Shown here: piece after piece, positions 8,693 through 17,617 of the stretch | Position numbering within the stretch: the first letter of the stretch is position 1 | How the letters are laid out: each line of letters begins with the position of its first letter | NCBI GenBank assembly: GCA_044222065.1 | Contig: JBGAOA010000052.1 | Location: forward strand, 1 to 30,721 | Length of the DNA: 30,721 nt | Direction: 5' to 3' | Source of the DNA: Candidatus Eiseniibacteriota bacterium | GTDB lineage: Bacteria; Eisenbacteria; RBG-16-71-46 | Notes under the pieces: generated by a model | The model's database searches: none | What the model saw: only the letters and a program-made list of their open reading frames with translations | What the model was told of the DNA's origin: nothing | Position numbers and translations under genes: made by a program

Positions 8693-9731
8693 ACTGTGGT
8701 TCGGCATCGTGGCGCTGATGTTCACGGCCTACGTCGTGCTCGACGGCTTCGACCTCGGCGCGGGCGCGCTGCACCTGCTCGTGGCGAAGGACGACCGCGA
8801 GCGGCGCACCGTGCTCGCCGCGATCGGGCCGTTCTGGGACGCGAACGAAGTGTGGCTGCTCGCCGCGGGCGGCGCGCTGTTCGTCGCGTTCCCGCGCGCG
8901 CTGGCCGCGGGGCTCTCGGGCTTCTACCTCGCGATCTTCCTCGTGATCTGGTGCCTCGTGCTGCGCGCGATCGCGATCGAGTTCCGCTCGCACCTCACCG
9001 ACCGGCTGTGGCGCGGCTTCTGGGACGTCGTCTTCACGGGCGCGAGCGCCCTGCTCCCGGTGCTGTTCGGCGTCGCGCTCGGCAACGTGATCCGCGGCGT
9101 GCCGCTCACGGCGGACGGCTGGTTCCACCTGTCGCTGTTCACGACGTTCTCACCGTCGCCGCCCGTCGGGAGCCTCGACGCCTACACCGTGCTCGCGGGC
9201 GCGTTCGCGCTCGTGGCGCTCGCGGGCCACGGCGCGCTGTTCCTCGCGTGGCGCACGGACGGCGCCGTAGGCGGGCGCGCGCGCACGCTCGGCGCGCGCG
9301 CCTACGCGGCGCTCGCCGTGCTGTGGCCGCTCGCGACGTTCGCGACGTGGCGCGTGAACCCGTCGCTGTTCCAGGCGCTCCCGGCGCGCCCGCTCGCGTG
9401 GCTCGGCATCGCGCTCGCGCTCGCGGGGATCGTCGTCGTGTTCGCCGCCGGCGCGCGCCGGCGCCCGCTCGCGGCGTTCCTCGGCTCGTGCGCGTTCCTC
9501 GCGGGGATGCTCGGCGCGACCGCGGCCTGCCTGTTCCCGGTGCTGCTGTCCGCGATCGGCGATCCGGCGCGCTCGATCACCGCGCACGGCGGCGGCGCGA
9601 ACGAAGCCGGGCTCCGCACGGCGCTCGGCTGGTGGTCGTTGGGGATCCCGCTCGTCGTCGCGTACTTCACGCTGCTGTTCCGCATCCACCGCGGGAAAGC
9701 GGTTGCGGCGAACGACGGCGAGGGGTACTGA
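8685..9731 (+). CDS. cydB: Cytochrome bd terminal oxidase subunit II
   Basis: Overlaps the cydA end, with an AAGGAGG RBS. YVVLDGFDLGAG, IGPFWDANEVWL, FVAFP and LRAIAIEFR. Confidence 0.95.
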   Translation: MFELWFGIVALMFTAYVVLDGFDLGAGALHLLVAKDDRERRTVLAAIGPFWDANEVWLLAAGGALFVAFPRALAAGLSGFYLAIFLVIWCLVLRAIAIEFRSHLTDRLWRGFWDVVFTGASALLPVLFGVALGNVIRGVPLTADGWFHLSLFTTFSPSPPVGSLDAYTVLAGAFALVALAGHGALFLAWRTDGAVGGRARTLGARAYAALAVLWPLATFATWRVNPSLFQALPARPLAWLGIALALAGIVVVFAAGARRRPLAAFLGSCAFLAGMLGATAACLFPVLLSAIGDPARSITAHGGGANEAGLRTALGWWSLGIPLVVAYFTLLFRIHRGKAVAANDGEGY

Positions 9732-9738
9732 TCGCCGC

Positions 9739-10842
9739 GTGCGCCACTTCCCCTCGACGTCGCGCGCGCCTCGCGCCGCGCGCGTGCTCGCCGCCGCCGC
9801 GGCGCTCGCGCTGCTCGCCGCCGCCGGCTGCGGCGGCAAGTCCTCGACGGCGCCGCCGACCGCGGCGGGCGCGCGGCTCGGACTGAGCCTCAACACGACG
9901 GACTCGTCGCTGCTGAACCCGACGACGTTTCCCGATTCGATGCTCGATGCGCTCAATCGTGCAAAGGCCGCCGGCGTCACCGTGCTCGCGAACGTGCCGC
10001 AGTGGAGCGTGCTCGAACCGACGCCCGGCAACTGGAACCTCGGCGAGGCGACGATTTACTTCGACGTCGTGACCTCACTCGGCTTCCGCACTTACCTGAA
10101 CCTGCGCATCCTCGACACCGGCTCGCGGAACGTGCCGCCGGACGTCGCCGCCCTCGCGTGGGACGACACCGCGATGATCCGGCGCGTGGACGTCGTGGTG
10201 GACACGCTCGCGGCGTACGCGAACCGCTACCGCTGCCTCGCCGCGGCGTTCGGCAACGAGGTCGACGCGTACTTCGGGCAGCACCCGGCCGAGTTCGGAG
10301 CGTTTCTCGCGCTCTATCGCCGTGAGGTCGTGCGCTTCCACGCGCTCGCCCCGGGCGTGCCGATCGGCATCGTGACGACGAATCCGCTCGCGAACCCCGC
10401 CGCCGTGTACGGCGACTCGCTCAACGTGACGAGCGATGTCGTGCTGCACACGTTCTATCCGAGCGTGCCGGGTTCGTTCGACATGAAGCCGGTCGCGACG
10501 TTCGACGCCGACCTCGAGGCGGTCGTCGCGCGCGCGAACGGCAAGCCCGTCGCGTTCCAGGAGGTCGGCTTCTCGTCCGATCCGCTCGTGAACGGCTCGC
10601 CCGCCTCGCAGGCCGAAGCCGTGCGGCGCTTCCGGACGTGGCTCGCGCGCCAGCCGTCCTCGCGCGTGCCGTTCGCGAGCTGGTTCCTCTACACCGACTG
10701 GACCGCGATGACGCTCAACACGCTGTTCGGCTACTACGGCTTCAACACGCCCGAGTTCGGCGCGTTCCTCGGCTCGCTGGGCTTGCGCGACTCGCTCGGC
10801 CGCGCGAAGCCGGCGTGGGAGGAGTTCCGGACGCCGCGTTGA
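9739..10842 (+). CDS. Lipoprotein with putative clan GH-A glycoside hydrolase TIM barrel
   Basis: Lipobox LLAAAGC, WSVLEPTPG, FGNEVD (acid/base-like), HTFYP and FQEVGFSS (nucleophile-like). The start codon is uncertain. Confidence 0.6.
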   Translation: MRHFPSTSRAPRAARVLAAAAALALLAAAGCGGKSSTAPPTAAGARLGLSLNTTDSSLLNPTTFPDSMLDALNRAKAAGVTVLANVPQWSVLEPTPGNWNLGEATIYFDVVTSLGFRTYLNLRILDTGSRNVPPDVAALAWDDTAMIRRVDVVVDTLAAYANRYRCLAAAFGNEVDAYFGQHPAEFGAFLALYRREVVRFHALAPGVPIGIVTTNPLANPAAVYGDSLNVTSDVVLHTFYPSVPGSFDMKPVATFDADLEAVVARANGKPVAFQEVGFSSDPLVNGSPASQAEAVRRFRTWLARQPSSRVPFASWFLYTDWTAMTLNTLFGYYGFNTPEFGAFLGSLGLRDSLGRAKPAWEEFRTPR

Positions 10843-10845
10843 ACG

Positions 10846-12207
10846 CTACGCGCCGCCCTTCGCGCGCCGGCCGTTCAGCATCTTCACGAAGCTCCGCCCG
10901 CGCAGCTCCTCGAGCGTGAGCCCGGTCTCGAGCGCCTCCGCCTCAGTGAGCGCGCCGCACGACAGTCCGCGCAGGAAGAAGTTCAAGAGGCCCTGCCCGG
11001 TCGCGGCGTCGTCGAACACCGAGCCGAGCAGCGTCGCCTGCGCCGCCTTGTCCACGAACGCCTTGAGCCGCGCGGCCGCTTCGTCGCGTGCTTCGAGGAA
11101 GTACGCGAACACCGCCGCGTAGCGCGTCGGCAGCTGCGCGGGGTGCAGGTCCCAGCCCTGGTAGTAGGCATGGCGCAGCGAGTGGCGCACGTCGTCGTAG
11201 TGCTGCTTCCACGCGCCGTGCACCGCGGCGACGTTCGCCGCGCGCTGCGCGTCGGTGAGCGCGCCGCCCTCGGGCGCGCGGTGCGGCGCGACCGGCATGA
11301 CGGTCGTCGCGCCGTCCGAGATCGACACGCCCGTGCCCGCGAGCGTCACCTGCATGACGTGGCGCGCGAAGTCGCACGCGTCGTGGCCCGGCGCCTGGTA
11401 GCGCGCGGTGATGTTGCAGCTCGCGGTGTAGTCGTACACGCCGAAGTGCGCGCCGCGCACGCGGCCCCGGCCCGCGGCGACGAAGCCCGGCAGCGGCACG
11501 CCGCCGTCGGGGCCGAAGATCGTCTGCGGCGTCTCGACCATGAGTTCGATGGGGATCGCGCCCGGGGCGAGCCCGTTTCCGCGCTCGATCACTTCGAGCA
11601 CGTCCACGAACGTCGAGACCTGCTGCGCGCTCGTGATCTTCGGCAGCGTCACGCAGAAGTCGTTCGGCAGCTTCCCGCCGGTCGCGCGCGCGAGCGTGCT
11701 CACGTACAGATCGAGCGTGCGGAGCGCGCGGGGCGCCAGCTCCTCGGTGAGCGGTTTCACGCGGATGCCGATCGCCGGCGGCAGCAGGCGTTCGGCGAAC
11801 CCGCGCGCGGTTTCCTCGGCGTTCCGCACCGCCTGCGCGTCCTCTTCGGAGTCGAGCCGGTTGCCGTAGCCGTCCTCGAAGTCGATGCGGAAGTCCTCGA
11901 CCGGTTCGCGCTTCAGCTTCTCGACGACGCGCTCGTACACCGTGCGCTGGAACGCGGCGTCGCCGCCGAGCGCGAGCGCGCGCGCGAACGTGGCGGCGTC
12001 CGGCGCGTACTCCTCGAGGCTTCGCACGGCCGCGGCACCGAGCTTGCCCGTCAGCTCGGCGGTGAAGAGCTGGGCGCCGCCGTACACCGTGTGCACGGGC
12101 TGGCGATCCAGCCGGTCGCCGGGGTAGGCTCGCGCGGTCCTTCGATTCGCTTCCTGAAGCCGCGCGAGCGTTTCGCGCGTCCGATCGTCCGTCAGCACGC
12201 TGTGCAT
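10846..12207 (-). CDS. HpcH/HpaI aldolase / citrate lyase beta (CitE)-fold protein (DUF6986-like)
   Basis: RQPVHTVYGGA, EDFRIDFEDGYG, GIRVK, TLPK, ELMVETPQ, HFGVYDYTA, ISDGAT and QGWDLHPAQLPTRY; GGAG RBS; divergent from allE. Confidence 0.8.
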   Translation of the reverse strand: MHSVLTDDRTRETLARLQEANRRTARAYPGDRLDRQPVHTVYGGAQLFTAELTGKLGAAAVRSLEEYAPDAATFARALALGGDAAFQRTVYERVVEKLKREPVEDFRIDFEDGYGNRLDSEEDAQAVRNAEETARGFAERLLPPAIGIRVKPLTEELAPRALRTLDLYVSTLARATGGKLPNDFCVTLPKITSAQQVSTFVDVLEVIERGNGLAPGAIPIELMVETPQTIFGPDGGVPLPGFVAAGRGRVRGAHFGVYDYTASCNITARYQAPGHDACDFARHVMQVTLAGTGVSISDGATTVMPVAPHRAPEGGALTDAQRAANVAAVHGAWKQHYDDVRHSLRHAYYQGWDLHPAQLPTRYAAVFAYFLEARDEAAARLKAFVDKAAQATLLGSVFDDAATGQGLLNFFLRGLSCGALTEAEALETGLTLEELRGRSFVKMLNGRRAKGGA

Positions 12208-12272
12208 GCACGTTCTCCGGGTTGGGGCGCAGCACTCTAGGCGCTCGATCCGCCGAACGCGAGAGGATTTCG

Positions 12273-13019
12273 ATGCCGCAGAAGGGTCTCGTCACGAGCC
12301 GCGTCGCCGTCGAGCGGAACTTCGCCATCCTGCCGCCCGAGGGCGTTCCCGAGAGCGTGCTGCCCGACTGGTTCGGCACCGCGGCGCGCATCCACTGCTC
12401 GCCCGAAATGGGCGCGCGCTTCGCGCAGTACCTGCTCGAGCTGCAGCCCGGCGGCGGCACGCTCCAGCACCTGCCCGACGGCATCGAGTCGTTCTTCTAC
12501 GTGATCGAGGGCGGCGTGCGGCTCAAGCTCAACGGCGTCGCGCACGAACTCACGCGCGGCGGCTTCGCGTACCTGACCCCCGGCTCGAACTTCCAGATCA
12601 AGGCCGACGCCGCCGCGCGACTGCTGTGGCTCAAGAAGCGCTACGTGCCGTGCGCGACCGGCCACGCCGAGGACGTCGTCGGCAACGAGACGAAGATCGC
12701 GGGCGAGCCGTTCATGGGCGTCGAGGAGCTGCTGCTCAAGAAGCTCCTGCCGGACGAGGTCGCCTTCGACATGGCGATGAACGTGTTCACGTTCCCGCCC
12801 GGCTTCTCGCTCCCGATCACCGAGGTGCACGTGATGGAGCACGGCCTCTACATGCTCGAAGGTCAGGGCGTCTATTACCTCGGCGACCGCTGGCGCGAAG
12901 TGCAGGCCGGGGACTTCATCTGGATGGGGCCGTTCTGTCCGCAGTCGTTCTACGCGACGAGTTCGTCGCCCGCCCGCTACATCTACTACAAGAACGTCAA
13001 TCGCGACGTCGAGCTGTAG
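12273..13019 (+). CDS. allE: (S)-ureidoglycine aminohydrolase (bicupin)
   Basis: GAGAGGA RBS. GARFAQYL and EVHVMEHGLYMLEGQGVYYL...AGDFIWMGPFCPQ...YIYYKNVNRD; 248 aa. Confidence 0.93.
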   Translation: MPQKGLVTSRVAVERNFAILPPEGVPESVLPDWFGTAARIHCSPEMGARFAQYLLELQPGGGTLQHLPDGIESFFYVIEGGVRLKLNGVAHELTRGGFAYLTPGSNFQIKADAAARLLWLKKRYVPCATGHAEDVVGNETKIAGEPFMGVEELLLKKLLPDEVAFDMAMNVFTFPPGFSLPITEVHVMEHGLYMLEGQGVYYLGDRWREVQAGDFIWMGPFCPQSFYATSSSPARYIYYKNVNRDVEL

Positions 13020-13092
13020 CCCGCTCGATTTCGCCGCGAGCGCGGGACGCTCGCGCGCGCGCCGTCCTCTGGTTCGTGCGGTGCGCCGGTAC

Positions 13093-13098
13093 TAGAGT
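13093..13098 (+). promoter_or_regulatory. Putative -10 element (TAGAGT) 6 nt before the xdh ATG; leaderless-type promoter
   Basis: TANNNT followed by cccaac and ATG 13105; no Shine-Dalgarno. Confidence 0.45.
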
Positions 13099-13104
13099 CC
13101 CAAC

Positions 13105-15501
13105 ATGCCCGTTCGAACCCGAGTCTCACGCGTCTCCGTTCCGAGTCCCTCGAAACGCGCCCACGGCGGATCCGTCGGCCTGTCCATTCCGAAGCTCGAG
13201 GCGTGGGACAAGGTCACGGGCCGCTCGCTCTACGTGGACGACCTCGCGGTCGAGGGCGTGCTGCACGGCCGCACGCTGCGCTCGACCGTCGCCCGCGGCC
13301 GCATCCGCCGGATCGAGTTCGATCCGGCGTTCGACTGGCGCGGCGTGACGATCGCCGACTGGCGCGACGTCCCGGGCGAGAACGTCGTCGCGCTCATCGA
13401 GGACGACCAGCCGCTGCTCGTCGAGACCGAGATCCGCCACGCCGACGAGCCGATCCTGCTGCTCGCGCACGAGAGCGCCGAGCGCGCCGAGGCGGCGCTG
13501 CGCGCGATCCGCGTCGACGTCGAGCCGCTTCCGGCGGTGCTCACGATCGAGGACTCGCTCGCGAAGAAGGCGCTGCTCTACAAGGACGACAACGTCTTCA
13601 AGCGCATCCTCATCGAGCGCGGCGACCTCGACGCCGGCTTCGAGGCCGCCGACGTCGTCGTCGAAGGCACGTACGCGTGCGGGCACCAGGAGCAGCTGTA
13701 CATCGAGAACAACGGCATGATCGCCGAGCGCACGCCCGAGGGCGGCCTCTACGTGCGCGGCTCGCTCCAGTGCCCGTACTACGTGCACAAGGCGCTGCAG
13801 CGCGCGTTCGGGCTGCCGCCCGAGAAGGTGCGCGTCGCGCAGACCGTCACGGGCGGCGGCTTCGGCGGCAAGGAGGAGTACCCGTCCGTGATCGGCGCGC
13901 ACGCCGCCGTGCTCGCGTGGAAGAGCGGGCGGCCGGTGAAGATCGTGTACGACCGGCTCGAGGACATCGCGGCGACGACGAAGCGACACCCCGCGGTGAT
14001 GCGCTGCCGCACCGGCGTGTCGAAGGACGGCCGGCTGCTCGCGCACGAAGCGGACGTCGTGATGGACGGCGGCGCGTACCTGACGCTGTCGCCCGTCGTG
14101 CTGTCGCGCGGCGCGATCCACGCGGGCGGCCCGTACCGCTACGGCGCCGTGCGCATCCGCGCGCGCGCGGTCGCGACGAACACGCCGCCGAACGGCGCGT
14201 TCCGCGGCTTCGGCGCGCCGCAGACGCAGTTCGCCGCCGAGTGCCACCTGAGCCGCATCGCCGAGCGGCTCGGCATCGAGCCCGCGGAATTGCGGCGCCG
14301 CAACGGGGTCACGCTCGGCGACGTCACGCCGACGGGGCAGGTGCTGCGCGAGAGCGTCGGCGCGCTCGACTGCCTCGAGGCGACGCTCGCGGCGTCGGGC
14401 TACCGCGAGAAGCGCGCGCGCTTCGCGAAGGAGAACGCTGCCGCGGACGCCGCCGAGCGCGCGCCCGCCGCGCGCGGGCGCACGGCGCCGAAGCCGCTCC
14501 GGCTCGCCGGCGGCGCGAAGCGTCCGCTCGTCGAGCCCAGCTCCGTCGCCTCGCCCGCGCGCCGCGTGCGGCGCGGCATCGGACTCGCGCTCGTCTATCA
14601 CGGCGCAGGCTTCACGGGCAGCGGCGAGACGAAGCTCGCTTCGCTCGCGGCGATGGATCTGGCTCCGGACGGCCGCCCTCGCGTGCTCGTCTCGAACACC
14701 GAGATCGGGCAGGGGACGGTCACGGTGTTCTCGCAGATCGCCGGCACCGAGCTGCGCATCGCGCCGGAGCGCGTGATCGTCGAGACGCCCGACACCGCCG
14801 CGGTGCCCGACAGCGGCCCGACCGTCGCCTCGCGCACCGTGATCGTCGTCGGCGGGCTCATCGCGCAGTGCGCGCGCGGCATGCGCGAGCAGCTCGAGGC
14901 GTTCGCGCGCCGGCCGCTCGAGGGCGACGCGGCGTTCCAGCGCGTCGCGAAGCGCTGGCTCAAGGAGCGCGGCGCGCTGCGCGTCGAGCGCCGCTACCAG
15001 AAGCCCCCCGAGATCGACTGGAACGACGACACGTACCGCGGCGACGCCTACCCGGTGTTCGCCTACGCCGCGATCGCGGTCGAGGTCGAGGTGGACCTCG
15101 ACACGTGCGAGACGCGCGTGACGAACCTCACGACCGCGCAGGACATCGGGAAGGCGATCCACCCGGTGCTCGCCGCGGGCCAGATCGAAGGCGGCACGCT
15201 GCAGGGCCTCGGCTGGGCGCTGCTCGAAGAGCTGCGCTGGAAGGATGGCCGGGTCTGGAACCACCAGCTCACGAACTACATCATCCCGACGTCGGCCGAC
15301 GCGCCGCCGATGCGCACGATCATCGTCGAGAAGCCGTACTCGCGCGGGCCGTTCGGCGCGAAGGGCGTCGGCGAGCTGCCGATGGACGCGCCCGCGCCGG
15401 CCGTGATCGAGGCGATCGCGCACGCGACGGGCGCCCGGCTCGACGAGATCCCCGTGACGCCCGAACGGCTGCGGCGCGCGCTGGAGGAGCGCAACCGATG
15501 A
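13105..15501 (+). CDS. Xanthine dehydrogenase molybdopterin-binding subunit
   Basis: KVTG...YVDD, HQEQLYIE, GGGFGGKE, VLSRGAIH, AFRGFGAPQ, EIGQG, TVASR, GQIEGG and GAKGVGELP. These appear to match the bovine XO Gln767/Glu802/Arg880/Phe914/Glu1261 positions by eye. Confidence 0.92.
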   Translation: MPVRTRVSRVSVPSPSKRAHGGSVGLSIPKLEAWDKVTGRSLYVDDLAVEGVLHGRTLRSTVARGRIRRIEFDPAFDWRGVTIADWRDVPGENVVALIEDDQPLLVETEIRHADEPILLLAHESAERAEAALRAIRVDVEPLPAVLTIEDSLAKKALLYKDDNVFKRILIERGDLDAGFEAADVVVEGTYACGHQEQLYIENNGMIAERTPEGGLYVRGSLQCPYYVHKALQRAFGLPPEKVRVAQTVTGGGFGGKEEYPSVIGAHAAVLAWKSGRPVKIVYDRLEDIAATTKRHPAVMRCRTGVSKDGRLLAHEADVVMDGGAYLTLSPVVLSRGAIHAGGPYRYGAVRIRARAVATNTPPNGAFRGFGAPQTQFAAECHLSRIAERLGIEPAELRRRNGVTLGDVTPTGQVLRESVGALDCLEATLAASGYREKRARFAKENAAADAAERAPAARGRTAPKPLRLAGGAKRPLVEPSSVASPARRVRRGIGLALVYHGAGFTGSGETKLASLAAMDLAPDGRPRVLVSNTEIGQGTVTVFSQIAGTELRIAPERVIVETPDTAAVPDSGPTVASRTVIVVGGLIAQCARGMREQLEAFARRPLEGDAAFQRVAKRWLKERGALRVERRYQKPPEIDWNDDTYRGDAYPVFAYAAIAVEVEVDLDTCETRVTNLTTAQDIGKAIHPVLAAGQIEGGTLQGLGWALLEELRWKDGRVWNHQLTNYIIPTSADAPPMRTIIVEKPYSRGPFGAKGVGELPMDAPAPAVIEAIAHATGARLDEIPVTPERLRRALEERNR

Positions 15502-16115
15502 GCGAACCGCGCGTGACCCTGAACCTGAAGGTGAACGGCAAGCGCCGCCGCGTGAGCGTGCCGCCGATGAAGCGGCTTCTCGACGTGCTGCGCGAGGACG
15601 TCGGACTGCCCGGCACGAAGGAAGGCTGCGGCGAGGGCGAGTGCGGCGCGTGCAGCGTGCTGCTCGACCGCGCGCCCGTGAACTCGTGCCTCGTGCCCGC
15701 CGTGCAGTGCGACGGCGCGACGATCGTCACGGTCGAAGGGCTCGCGAACGGCTCGCGCCTCACGGCGCTGCAGCGCCGCTTCGTCGAGATGGGCGGCGCG
15801 CAGTGCGGCATCTGCACGCCGGGCATGCTCGTCGGCGCGGTCGCGCTGCTCGAGCGCTCGAACGGGCGCGTGCCGGGCGAGGACGAAGTGCGCGAGGCGC
15901 TCGCGGGCAACCTGTGCCGCTGCACCGGCTACCAGCGCATCGTGGACGCCGTGCGCGCCGCGGCCTCGGACGCGCGCCGCGGCACGCGCGCGAAGGCGCG
16001 GCCCGCGAAGAAGCGCGCGGCGAAGAAGCGCGCGGGCCGCAAGCCGGTCCGTCGCGCGCCGGGCCGCAAGCCCGCCGCGCGCGGCCGCCGCCGGGCGCGG
16101 AGCCCGCGGCGATGA
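15498..16115 (+). CDS. Xanthine dehydrogenase 2x[2Fe-2S] subunit with a basic K/R/A-rich C-terminal tail
   Basis: ATGA overlap and GGAGG RBS. GTKEGCGEGECGACSV, NSCL, QCGICTPG and GNLCRCTGY. Confidence 0.93.
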   Translation: MSEPRVTLNLKVNGKRRRVSVPPMKRLLDVLREDVGLPGTKEGCGEGECGACSVLLDRAPVNSCLVPAVQCDGATIVTVEGLANGSRLTALQRRFVEMGGAQCGICTPGMLVGAVALLERSNGRVPGEDEVREALAGNLCRCTGYQRIVDAVRAAASDARRGTRAKARPAKKRAAKKRAGRKPVRRAPGRKPAARGRRRARSPRR

Positions 16116-16984
16116 GGACCGCGCTCTCGACGCTCGAGGTCGTGCGCCCGCGCACGCTCGCCGACGCGCTCGCGGCGATGGCGGACGGGCGGTCGCGCCC
16201 GATGCCGATCGCGGGCGGCACCGACGTGTACGTCGCGCTCAACGCGGGCGCGCTCGCGGCGACGCACTTCCTCGACCTCGGCCCGCTCGACGAACTGCGA
16301 GGCGTTCGCGCCGCCGGGCGCGCGCTCACGTTCGGTGCGCTGACGACGTTCTGGGAGATCCGCAATCACGCGCTCGTGCGCCGGCGGCTCCCGTCGCTCG
16401 CGCAGGCGGCGGCCGAGATCGGGGCCTGGCAGATCCAGCACCGCGGCACGATCGGCGGTAATATCGCGAACGCCTCGCCGGCCGGCGACTCGCTGCCCGT
16501 GCTGCTCGCGCACGCCGCGACGGTGCGCGTCGCGTCGGTGCGCGGCGAGCGCGAGATCGCCTTCGACGCGCTCTACACCGGCTACCGCGCGCTCGCGATC
16601 CAGCCCGACGAGCTGATCGTCTCGGTCTCGGTGCCGCTCCCGCCGCGCGACGCGGTCGGCTTCTTCCGCAAGGTCGGCACGCGGCGCGCGCAGAGCATCT
16701 CGAAGGTGATGTTCTGCGGCCTCGCAACGTTCGGCGCCGACGGCCCGCTGAACGGCGTGCGGCTCGCGTTCGGCAGCGTCGCGCCGACGCCGGTGCGCGC
16801 GCGCGCGGCGGAGGCCGCGCTGCTCGCGGCGGGCTCGCCCGTGACGGGCGCGCACGCGGCGCGCGAGGCGCTCGCGCGCGACCTCGCGCCGATCGACGAC
16901 ATCCGCTCCGACCGCGAGTACCGCCTCGCCGTCGCCGGCAACCTGCTCGACCAGTTCCTGCGCGTTCTCGCCGCGCGGGCCTGA
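16112..16984 (+). CDS. Xanthine dehydrogenase FAD-binding subunit
   Basis: ATGA overlap. PIAGGTD, GALTT, QIQHRGTIGGNIANASPAGD, FRKVGTRRAQSISKV and PIDDIRSDREYR. Confidence 0.93.
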   Translation: MRTALSTLEVVRPRTLADALAAMADGRSRPMPIAGGTDVYVALNAGALAATHFLDLGPLDELRGVRAAGRALTFGALTTFWEIRNHALVRRRLPSLAQAAAEIGAWQIQHRGTIGGNIANASPAGDSLPVLLAHAATVRVASVRGEREIAFDALYTGYRALAIQPDELIVSVSVPLPPRDAVGFFRKVGTRRAQSISKVMFCGLATFGADGPLNGVRLAFGSVAPTPVRARAAEAALLAAGSPVTGAHAAREALARDLAPIDDIRSDREYRLAVAGNLLDQFLRVLAARA

Positions 16985-17161
16985 GCGCTCGCGGCCGCGA
17001 ACGGCGCGGCTCCGCGCCTCCCATTCCGGCCTTCAGCCTCGCCTTCGCTCCGCCGATAACCCCGACGCAGCCTTCCACTTGGGGCCCGAGGGAGCGGCTC
17101 GCCGCGCCGCGCCCGACGCCCGTCACGCCGAAGTGGTCACGCGCCGGAGGGGAGCGTCGGC

Positions 17162-17617
17162 ATGTCCCAGCATCATCCGTCCCAGAGCGAAATCGCGACC
17201 GCGCTCGCCCAGCTCGCCGACCGCGTCTCGCGCGCCGAAGAGGACACGCTCGATCCGTTCGTGACGCACACGCTGCGGGCGGCCGTGAACGCGCTCGAGT
17301 ACCACATTCCCGGGCTCGAGTCGCCGCCCGACACCGACGCCGCGCGCGGACTCCTGCGCGGCTCGGAAGCGGCGCTGCAGCGTGGCGACGCGCGCGAGGC
17401 GCTGTCGCGCGCGCTCCACGGACTGTCGTTCGCGCCGCACGATCCGCTGCTCTGGTACGCGGCCGGCTCGGCGTGCTTCGAGCTCGGCCAGGTCGAAGAC
17501 GCGCTCCGCATCCTGTGCCACGTGCTGTGGATCCACCCGGGGCATCGCGCGGCGCGCACCGACCTCGACGCCCTGACCGCGTTCTTCGAGGGCGAAGAGG
17601 GCGACCGGGCGGCATGA
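17162..17617 (+). CDS. Small TPR-like helical protein
   Basis: GGAGGGGAG RBS. ALQRGDAREALSRALHGLSFAPHDPLLWYAAGSACFELGQVEDALRIL...HPGH fits TPR periodicity. Confidence 0.7.
   Translation: MSQHHPSQSEIATALAQLADRVSRAEEDTLDPFVTHTLRAAVNALEYHIPGLESPPDTDAARGLLRGSEAALQRGDAREALSRALHGLSFAPHDPLLWYAAGSACFELGQVEDALRILCHVLWIHPGHRAARTDLDALTAFFEGEEGDRAA

Noticed and set aside
13035..13055. 8-bp hairpin after allE as an intrinsic terminator
   Set aside because: Almost entirely GC and without a U-tract, so it is not distinguishable from chance.
13203..16115. 970-aa ORF as a large Fe-S fusion protein
   Set aside because: Only the last 205 aa (from ATG 15498, with RBS) are real; the rest is an alternative frame of the Mo subunit.
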